DNA of 61,030 nucleotides, filler included, from Porpidia crustulata (Eukaryota): NCBI GenBank assembly GCA_964255105.1. It is 9 parts of 9 records of this genome, joined end to end, with 100 filler letters (N's around TTAATTAATTAA, not from the genome) between each part and the next. Parts side by side here need not be neighbours in the genome. Positions count along the whole stretch, not along the records: positions 47,573 to 54,253 come from CAXUWE010001480.1; positions 54,354 to 61,030 come from CAXUWE010001481.1; 7 more parts are not named here. One strand, 5' to 3'. Shown piece by piece: positions 47,985 to 57,955 of this stretch (position 1 is its first letter; each line of letters starts with the position of its first letter). The notes under the pieces were generated by a model. It saw only the letters and a program-made list of their open reading frames with translations, ran no database searches and was not told where the DNA came from. The position numbers and the translations under genes were made by a program.

Positions 47985-50900
47985 TCAACGCCTCCGCCGT
48001 CTCCGTCCGCCCGACTCATCCTCGCCATCACCTCCGAATAAACCCCCGATAAGATTCTGAATGGTCAGCGCCAAATCCCCGTCACCCTCATCATGCTGAA
48101 TCTCCCTGCCTCTCTCGTCGAACCGCTGGGGCAACTCGACCGTTGCGTCCGAAGGCGCTGGGGAAACTGCTCGATCGTTATGATGGCGATGGCGAGAAAG
48201 AGAATTATCATGCTCGTGGTCGCGGTCGCGGTCGCGCGAAGATCTCCGGTGACGCCCGTGACGGTCGTGGTCCAAAAGAGTGGAGGACTCGCTATCGTAG
48301 TCGCGTTCATGGGTGTCGTGAGAAGAGCGTTGCCGACGCTTGCTAATTTTGTCTGGGGAATTAGGGGGATTGGAAGATGCAGGGGCAGGGTTGAGATCGA
48401 ATTGGACTGATTTGGTGATAGGTGGTGGTTGGGAAGAAGATCTTTGTTCAGAGGACACACGGGCGATAGGGGTAGGGGAGCTGGCGCGAGGGGTGTTTAG
48501 ACCTAGAGATGAAGGTGTTAGCTGGATATGGTCTTATCATCAAAGCTGTTTTGCAACGTATCACCCACCCTCCTCGGGGATATGGTCACGGTAGTTTTGA
48601 GGAATATAACGATTGCTGGGAGTAGGACGAATATTTGCAGGCACGTGGGATGACGTGTTGAGGAACGGCTCGGCACTCACATTCTCGTCGGCTCTCCTTG
48701 GAGCTCCAGGTGCTGGATACGGGTCCGCTGGAGGAGGGCTGTAGACACCTCCGGGTCCTGGAGCTGCGTATGGATTACCAGCAGCTTGTGGCGGGTAACC
48801 GTAGTCAGGGTGAATCTGTGCAGCGGGCTGACCAGGTTGGGATGGATATTCTGCTGGATTGTAGGCCGGAGTGGGAGAATAAGGCCCTGGGTTTGGTGGT
48901 GGAGGGAAAGCGTTCGTGGAGGGATAGAAGTTCTCTTGGGGTTGAGGATACCCAGCGCCAGGATTTGCTCCAGGAGAGTAGGGTTGTTCTGTTGGGTAGC
49001 GCTCATCGTACTCCCCGCGCTGCTCTGCCTCTTGACCTGCCACGCAATTAGTCTACACGCCTTTAATAAGCGGAAGAAAGCGTACGTCTCCGTTCTCTCT
49101 TCTCCTCCTTGCGGCGTTGCTTTCTCTTTTCGTGTTCTGACGCTATTGCGGCACCACCTGCAGCTGCCCCGGCAGCAAGCCCCGCAGCTGCTAATCCTCG
49201 GCTCCGGCTTCGACTGCCACTACCGCTCTTCTTGCGTCGATGTCTTCTCCTTCGTTCACGATCAGATCCAGAAGAGCTAAGGCTTCGTCTCCTCTCCCTT
49301 TCCCTGGAAGCCCCGTAGGCAGCTCCAGCGGCGACGGCAGGTACCATTGCGTCTTCATGATTACCGTAATACCCTGCTTGGCTTGCAGGGCGATTGTAGT
49401 AGTCTGGGACCACGCCGCCGGAATAGACCGGTTGATCACCGTATTCTATGAGGTTTGGGTCACTTGCTGCTGCGCTGCGAGGACCTTCATACGGTACGGA
49501 CCTAGATCTTGATCTCGATGCTCTCCGCTCTTCACGTCTAGTCTCCTTTGCCTTGTCCTGCTTGTCTTTCTTGTTTGCTTGACTCTTCTCATACAGCCCA
49601 GCGATGGCGGCACTGCCAAGTCCGGCAGCTGCGATTGGAATACCCGTACGGATCCTGCTCTTCGAACGAGCCCGTCCACCTCGAGACTTGCTGCGCGCGC
49701 GTTCAACTAGCCCCGCCACCGCAGCTCCAGCCAAGCCGGCTCCGGCGATGGTCTTATTCTTGTGTGCTGGGTTGCGGGGGTCATTCGCAGGTATACCAGA
49801 CGCCGAGTGTCGCCGCGTCCTGGATCGGCTACGTCGATCTTCTGCTTCGTTCTTATTATTATTCCTACGAGCATATCCGACAGCTGCTGCAATAGCTGCA
49901 GCTCCGAGTCCCAAACCTGCAAGCTGTTTGACTCGAGAGTGAGAGCGACTTCGCGACCTCTCCTTCTCCTTCCGATGCTTGCGGCGACCCTCACGACGGT
50001 CCTCGCGATCGCTGTAATGATCACGGTCGCGATCACGGGAACCATGGCGACTCTTGCTCTTCTCGCGGTGGTGGCTCCTGGCTCGGGAGATGGCCTGTGC
50101 ACCTATCGCACCAACAGCAGCGGCTCCAAGATCTTTACCAATACGACTTCCACGGCCCGAAGACTCATCACCTTCACGCTTGCGGTGGTGACGTAGGATC
50201 TCCGCCGCACCGAGGCCAGCAATGGCACCTTCAGCGAGATGTCTTCGGTGATGAGGGCTCTCGTCTCTGCCGTATGTCTCACGCGTCTCCTTCCTAACAT
50301 AAACCATGCTGTCATCACTACTGTAGTCTCGATCACGTCCATGCTGAGAGATTGAATCACCAGGACTAACATCCCGTTGACGGCGACGGTATCTGTCATC
50401 GTAGTAGTCATCGTCGCGATCTCCTCCAGAGACCTCCCGAGTTCTCCGCTCGTAGTAGTAGTCTTCTTCCTCTCGTGGGGGTTTGGGAGATGGCTCTCGT
50501 CGTGCGATCTGCCGCTCCTCTTTGACCTCTGAGCGTTGAATCAGTTGAAAGTCGGATTCCTCCTTTGGCTGGGGAGCAGGAATGACGATCGGTGCTCGAG
50601 GTGCCTCTTGAATGATGATTTGCTGCGGTTCTTGACGAATAATGATCGGTTGAGGAGGGTCTGGACGTGGGAAGTATTCCGTTGATCTGGAATATCGTTC
50701 AAGCTCGTAAGGATCGCGACGAACTGGGAGTCTATCAATGTCTCGTTCATAACGATACTCCCGTTCGAATCTACGAGGCTCAGGCTCCCGCTCTCTCTCG
50801 ACTCGCTCGATACGAACGTCTCGTTCCACTCTGCGCACTGGCTCTGGTTCCGGCTCTGGGGTTCGCTCTCGTCGAATAATGCGTGTTTCTTCGAATCCGC

Positions 50901-51138
50901 GAGTGCCTCCTCGTTCAGAGCGGTGGTCACTGTCACGGTTGTACACCGAAAGCCTTTCAACTTTATCTTCCTCTTCACGAGCAGGAATACGATATCGCTT
51001 GACAGTTGTAAACGACTCGCCACGATCACGGGCAGAGTCACTACCACGTTCGCGATAAACTACTGACGATCTATCGTCCCAATCTCGGTTTCGTTCTCTG
51101 TCTCGTTCTCGCTCACGTTCCCGAATAATCACCGACAT
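47985..51138 (-). CDS. Large disordered Arg/Asp/Glu-rich DUF3824-like protein; introns 49037-49085 and 48503-48568
   Basis: RERERE/RSRSRS tracts; repeated HLAEGAIAGLGAAEILRHH / GLGAAAIAA helices; Pro/Tyr-rich exon 2; splicing joins ORFs 49063-51138, 48561-49043 and 47985-48458 in frame. Confidence 0.8.
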
Positions 51139-51962
51139 ATTGGCTGCGATGCCTTTGCTTGTACCGACGATGATGGTGGTGGGAAGAACTTATGGATCAG
51201 GTGAGGCTGGTAAGAAAGTGGGAGGCTGTGTGTTGGTAGCCTGATCGTATCGCTGGGGTGGCCCCGCACTTCTGTGAAGCGACCCTCACAGAATTGGATG
51301 GAAGCAAGAGCAAAAATCTGACAGCAGTCGTAGGATTTATATAGAGCTACTTGAAGCTGTTGTGTGAAATGCAATGAGAGGTAGCTGAGAATCAAAGCCG
51401 ATGCAAAACAATTTCCTAGTAGGATGGTGGTGGTATGTAGAGTGAGGTGTCAGTGTCACACACATAAGACTGGGGCCCTCGGGCGCAGTCGAGAAAGTCA
51501 GCGGGATGATGCAACCTCGGGAATTTCGAGTCTAAGGCACTTTGAGCTTAGCGCACTGAGCAATAAATGTGGATACCTTACTTAGGTGAATATATACCTA
51601 TGTCAAGTCCCCGAGTACATAACAACACGAGAGCGATAGCGAAGGAAAGTGTCGCCACCTTACTCCGTGCTCTCTCTTTGCTCCCTCTGGTCCCCTTTTA
51701 CTTCCTTCCCTGCTCGTCATCAGTCGACGAGAAACTATGAATCTGATTTGATTCAATCATCCAACCCGAAAAATGCTGCAGGCGGTTGGGCAGCATACAT
51801 ACAAGAATGCCTAATCCAACCCTTTTACGTCCTGTCACGGGCTAATCAAAGTCGCGTCAAGCAGATTATGCGCAGCCCTTACCTACATTGATATAGACAG
51901 CTCTCAATCTTATCTTTACACAACCACGGCGTCCGCTTCAAGTCCGGCTCGAACTGCATAAG

Positions 51963-52876
51963 ATGGTAAGCATCCTATCCCTCCTCCCTTGTATCTGTCG
52001 TGTCCATGCTGAAGGTTTTAAATATCAGGACGTTATAGCGTCGGCCGCGTCGGTAATCCAACTGCTATGACAGGCGATCAACCTCTGGCAACAAGTCAAC
52101 CAAGCTAGACAAAATGTGCGAGATGGCCCGAAGCTCCTCGAGGAATATCTGAAACAACTCGAAACTATGGTGAATACAGCCCGTCTAGTTGAAGCAGAAA
52201 AAGAGTTGCAAACGGCAGAGATAGGAGCGCAACTCATCCGTGCTGAGGAAATTTCGCGGGAGCTACATGACTTTCTGGAAAGCATGTTTATATCGCAAGA
52301 AAAGAGCAAAGTAAAAAAATACCTTCGCGCCATTGGAACGGGGGAGCAGAACGCCAAAGAAATACGCGGAATTCTGCATCGGTTGGCCGAAGCTAGGACG
52401 GATCTATCTATCCGCATTCAGCTCGCACATGTCGGATTGTCCGGCTCACTGCGTGATGGATTTGTTGCTGTCGTACCTACTATTCAACATATTGATCAGA
52501 GCTTGCAAAAGCTGCTGAACATGAGGCTCGCTGTTGCGGTCCAGCTGGAACCCATGCTAGCGTCTCAGAGGAGTGTGTACCTTACCCGTCAGATACTATT
52601 GATGGACGGACTAACAACCTCCCAGATGATCATACAATACTGTTGGATGATGATCAACAAGAGGCTCTAGGTTTAAACACAGGCAGTCTGACCATCCAAG
52701 ACAACTCCTCCTTCGAGAATGCTGCCCAACACAACTCTATCGCTGGTACGGAGACCTCGCATGTCTCTATTACTGCTGCGATACGTCATAACGTAGCCAA
52801 GGGCCATGGCAAACAAAGAAATTCTATCGGAAATGAACTAGAATTCGAAAGAGTTTTCAAAAGCGCGGAAGGATGA
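51963..52876 (+). pseudogene. SesA/HeLo-like helical-domain gene with C-terminal two-repeat amyloid-like motif; premature TGA at 52068-52070 (pseudogene, sequence error or recoded stop); introns 51966-52028, 52573-52625
   Basis: ATG|GTAAGC..GCTGAA..CAG gives MDVIASAASVIQLL*QAINLWQQVNQARQNVRDGPKLL..., a hydrophobic first helix plus helical bundle; second intron GTGTGT..CTAAC..CAG joins in frame to LTIQDNSSFENAAQHNSIAG...AAIRHNVAKGHGKQRNSIG. Confidence 0.65.
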
Positions 52877-53712
52877 GGCAAAGAATCCAGAAGATTCTAT
52901 ACATAATCGCCAGTCCTATTGGGGAGAAGCCAAGCAGAATCTTGATCGTCTCACTTCAGCATTCAACAAGAGTATTGCTTAGAGCGAGCATGGTGAAGAT
53001 TGGCCCTTCGCCTCATCTATTGATATAAGTCTTGGTGTTGCATCATGAGAGGAAATGATTGGAGACGCTTCAACTTCTAAGTATTATATATAATATATAA
53101 TTTGGATTTCGTTCTATCATCAGTGTTTCATCCTATATTCGGCAGATAACAACTTTACGCAAGCTACTGAATGGTGAGAGAAGTATTGAAACGAACATAT
53201 GCTGACCAGGTCACCTTGACTTCATTGATCGAATTGCACTGTTCGAGCACTAGACTAAGAGACCCAGTTTAGGCCGTCCGGCTAAATTTCATCGTCAGCT
53301 AACTTTTCCTGTGAGATGGACACGCCAAACTTCTTCCCTAAAGGCCACCAATACTCCATCTCCAAAGTGGTGACAGTAAGTTGTTGGCATACCATTACGA
53401 ACCTACTTGTAGAGTTTAATTGAAGCGATGTTGCATGTTCTGGAATTTATCAAGTTTCTTAACCTCCCTTGTTCGGACGAATTTACAAGTCTTTCTGGCT
53501 TTGGTATCTTTTCTTTCCTCAACTTCTCGCTGAAAACCCCTCAATAGAATGTTTTCGATCTAGATCTCTATATGCTATTCATCGAAAAAAACAACAAGAA
53601 ACCATAACCACTTAACCCCGAATCTCTGTAACGAGGGTTGTAACTGCCAGCATACATGATCAACCAGTCATAGAAATCGTCTTCGATGATCTAATGTAGT
53701 CGAATCGCATTT

Positions 53713-54200
53713 CTAAATCCTCAAACCGCCCCTAATAGGACCATTATCCCCAATGTGATTTATTTGAACCCCATCTCCTGTCGCTCTGTTTCCATTAACA
53801 GTCGCTACTACCGGAATGACGTGTAGTTCGGGGTACAAAATCCTGTTGTACATGTCACCCCGATCTTCCACCACGTTGTCATGGATGGATAAGTTGTGTC
53901 TCTCGGTACTAACAGGAGGTTCTGCCTCCACCGGCTGCTTGTCAGGAATGATACGGATGTGAAACAAGGCGGGATTTGGGAAGACGTCTCTGACGCGCTG
54001 AGACTCCCGATCCCTGTTCACGTCCCTCCCTTCGCCTGGGAAGTGGCATATCAGTTTGCCAGTGATGTTGAGCTCTTTGGAAAGTCTGGCTTCGAGATCG
54101 TTGAACGTTTCGTAGGGGCCGACTTCGACTTCGCTGACGCAGCCGGTGGCTGCTTGCGGAGATTGATGTGAGTGAATAGTGCAACGCAAAAGAGCGAGAA

Positions 54201-54201
<1 letters not shown>
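53713..54201 (-). CDS. Ubiquitin-like-fold protein with C-terminal two-repeat amyloid-like motif; 5' end lost in poly-G at the contig edge
   Basis: EVEVGPYETFNDLEARLSKELNI...HFPGEGR...QRVRDV...LFHIRI follows the ubiquitin pattern; tail LSIHDNVVEDRGDMYNRILY...ATVNGNRATGDGVQINHIGD; frame open up to the poly-G with no upstream ATG. Confidence 0.65.

Positions 54202-54253
<52 letters not shown>
54202..54253. repeat. Poly-G run (52 nt) at contig end, probably a sequencing artefact
   Basis: Homopolymer directly abutting the spacer. Confidence 0.8.
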
Positions 54254-54353
54254 NNNNNNNNNNNNNNNNNNNNNNNNNNNNNNNNNNNNNNNNNNNNTTA
54301 ATTAATTAANNNNNNNNNNNNNNNNNNNNNNNNNNNNNNNNNNNNNNNNNNNN
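54254..54353. other. Artificial contig spacer
   Basis: N44-TTAATTAATTAA-N44. Confidence 0.99.
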
Positions 54354-55303
54354 CCCTCCAATCGAACGTTCTCAAACTGCCTGAATCAACCTTCGCATAC
54401 CGACTTCCTCTAATCGGCGAGAGTACCTGAATCGCACCCTACCCACTCACTTACTCTCCGCTCCTTCCTTCGCCATATTTGAAACCCGTGGTTCTCGTAT
54501 ACCCTGTCGACCAACCCACTCGACAAAGGCCCAACAAGACCGTTCATCATTGAGTTGAAGACCGCATTATTGTGGCTTGGCACTGGTGCCCGCATTCCCC
54601 CTCTCGTTTCTTAGCAGGGCGCTATTTCCTGTAGACATCGTGCACAAGTGTCGTGGGTGAACCACTCTCGCGGGCTTCACTCTCGAAAAAAAAGTCACGA
54701 ACTCATCCTCCGCGACCTTATTCACAACCTTACTCTCCTCATTAAGACCTTCGTGTTGTGCTGACAAACCTCTGTCCTCCAATTTTTTGCCTTCGATTCT
54801 GTAGACTCCTTCGAAACATTAAATCCTTAAACGGCACTACTTGTGTGGCAGATAACCCGCACACCGGCAACAGCAGCATCCTACCACTACATTTCTTCTT
54901 GATACCTCCGTTTCATCTTTAGTCTCCAATCGTGAGATATCGCCGTCGACCATCTCCAGAGGGTCGCTTCTCGTTGGACGTCTAAGGGTACCATTGACTA
55001 TTCGATCTATTTTCGAATAGAATTGGGCTGCGCTGCAAAAGCAACGATCCAGCGACTATCGCAGCCTACCAACATCAAACCTCATTTGATTCACCGCGCC
55101 GATACCACTTCCACATCGTCATTGATATTCACTTCACTTCGTGATCACGAGACCCTATAGGCCCTGTTCAACAACCGGACCGGCCTAGATATCGCCCAAG
55201 ACGGACTTTACCACAGATTTCACGCTGTCTCGTCATCAGCTCCTAAACTCGAGTCCTCCATATTCTCGATAGCATAAAGTAGCGTCGTTTTGACTGGATA
55301 AGC

Positions 55304-56812
55304 ATGGCTACGCAAACCCGACCCGCTGGGTTCTCAAGCTTGCGCATGGGAGGTAAGTCAAGTCCAATCATCATGGTGATGACCTCTTATGGCTGACTGC
55401 TGCAAAGAGGTTATACGTGAGAAAGTCCAGGATGGCCTCACTGGCGAAACCAAGGAAATGCAATACACACAATGCAAGATTGTAGGCAACGGCTCATTTG
55501 GTGTGGTTTTCCAGACAAAGCTTGCCCCAAACGGCGAAGATGCAGCAATTAAGAGAGTTCTCCAGGATAAAAGATTCAAGGTCGGCTGAAGGTTTAGAAA
55601 ATGTATATCTTCCATGATGCTGACCATGGCAGAATCGAGAATTACAAATTATGCGGATCGTCAGACATCCCAATATAGTGGAACTTAAAGCCTTCTACTA
55701 TTCCAATGGAGAACGAGTAAGTGCCGCAGAGAATTGCTGATGAAGCAAGGCTTTATTAACAGACTGCACAGAAAGATGAAGTCTACCTCAACCTGGTCCT
55801 TGAATTTGTCCCCGAGACAGTATACCGCGCTTCACGCTTCTTCAACAAGATGAAGACCACAATGCCCATACTAGAGATCAAGATCTACACCTACCAGCTG
55901 TTCCGCTCACTTGCATACATCCACTCCCAGGGAATCTGTCATCGGGATATCAAGCCGCAGAATCTTCTGCTTGATCCAAATACTGGCGTATTGAAACTTT
56001 GTGACTTTGGAAGCGCAAAGATCTTGGTTGAAAATGAGCCCAACGTCTCGTACATTTGTTCGAGATACTACCGCGCCCCAGAATTGATTTTTGGTGCTAC
56101 GAATTACACTACCAAGATTGGTGAGTCCAATGCCGTTGATGGTAACCAACATTTATTCTGATTACATATTTGCAGACGTCTGGTCCACTGGTTGCGTAAT
56201 GGCAGAGTTGATGTTAGGCCAGCCTCTGTTTCCGGGTGAGTCTGGCATCGATCAACTGGTAGAGATTATCAAAGTACTTGGGACGCCAACTCGAGAGCAA
56301 ATCCGTACCATGAATCCAAACTATATGGAACACAAGTTCCCCCAGATCAAACCGCACCCGTTCAACAAGGTCAGTCTTTACCTTTCGCTAGCTTAGCTAT
56401 ATATTACTAATCTTTGGTTGAAGGTTTTTCGTAAGGCATCTCCAGAAGCCATTGACCTGATAGCAGCGTTACTAGAGTACACTCCTATCCAGCGTCTATC
56501 GGCCGTTGATGCCATGTGTCATCCGTTCTTTGATGAGCTTCGTGATCCAATGTGCCGCTTCCCGGATTCTCGTCATCCTAACGGTGCTTCCAAGGACATG
56601 CCAAGACTCTTCGACTTCTCCCGTCATGGTATGTATCGCACGTTAACTTCGAACGTCAGGGTACTAATGGAAATGTAGAACTCTCGATTGCGCCAGATAA
56701 GAATGTGCGCTTGGTGCCACCACACGCTCGTAAAGAACTATTATCGAAGGGATTGGATCTTGAGGGCTTTGTTCCAATGACCAAAGATGAGATGATGGCG
56801 CGTCTTGACTAA
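55304..56812 (+). CDS. GSK3: Glycogen synthase kinase-3 (Rim11/GskA); introns 55353-55407, 55581-55632, 55717-55771, 56121-56175, 56370-56423, 56629-56678
   Basis: [66 protein letters not shown]; all six introns canonical and frame-preserving. Confidence 0.97.
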
Positions 56813-57955
56813 AAGCAAAACTGCCAGAAATGCATAACGAAGTGAACGTCACCAGCTTTGTCTGAGTCTTGTCTCTAGCGTGGCGTTTACCATCACCAGT
56901 CATTCCCGCCCGGTCTTTTTCTTACCGGCAAAGTCATTTGCTGACAGATATTCTGTGGCATTGTTGGCGGTATGGAGAAAGTATTGTGCGACTGCCCTGT
57001 CTTGAGAGACGCTTCGAATTTCCTCACTCGACTAAAAGTCGTGGGTAAAAGCATGGATAAAGAGCTAGTATGCGCATTCGCAGGCTTGAATGGAGGATTA
57101 AGAAGCTATGGGCTAGTGGGATAGAGCCGAAAAAGAAAGTGGTCTGAGACTACGAAGTTTGTACGGGCGAACCACTGAGATGGCAGACCTCAGATGAAGT
57201 AGTGAAACAAAAGACTTTCACGATTGCTCAGCAGCTTCAATCCTTTCGATCAGCAATGAAAGATGAATTTCTCTCATCACATTCTGCTTTCGCGTGATGT
57301 CCCAAGATTGCATGTTAGGTTTGTCGTTGGCGTGTAAAACTACAGCTCTTGGGGATGGTACTACATACTACATTCTCGCCTTGATGACGAGGAATTTTTC
57401 ATTAGAATCTCACTACACCTGCAAATAAAACACCGGTTCAAGCACTGATATTGACAGGTCCCATTGAATGAGCATTAAGACGCATGGCACGTAAAACAAC
57501 ATCTTCTAAGAACCCTCCTCGCTTTGAACCGGTCTAGCAGTAGACGATTATAGCCCGGACTGACATGGCCTCGCATGAGATTGATACAGCTTTCGCCAGG
57601 CTCGAATAATCAAATGAGTATATCTGTGTGCCCCTTTTACTTCCCATGTAGGGGTCATAAAAATCCACGTCATATGATTTGGCAATCCATATGTCACTCA
57701 TGCAGACAAGCTCCGGCAGGTCTCGAGGCGATCATCTTTTTGCACAAATTTGAACGATCTTTTTGTAAGTATTGTGACCCTTTAGTGCTTCTCTGTTTTT
57801 TTTTGTGAGAACGATCACGTAAGCTATACACTTGTCCTATCCGTATCCAGTGCCTGTCACGCTACAGCTGGTGATAGCTCCAATTCTGCGACAATGTATT
57901 TGACGCTGAGTACCATATTTGATGCCCATTCGTTTCCATCGTCAAATCCTTGACC

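Noticed and set aside
53082..53097. 16-bp AT-only palindrome tatattatataatata between the convergent gene pair
   Set aside because: Low-complexity TA-rich terminator-region sequence; such palindromes arise readily by chance
54202..54253. Poly-G tract as a G-quadruplex or poly-Pro coding segment
   Set aside because: Terminal homopolymer typical of no-signal base calls; treated as an artefact
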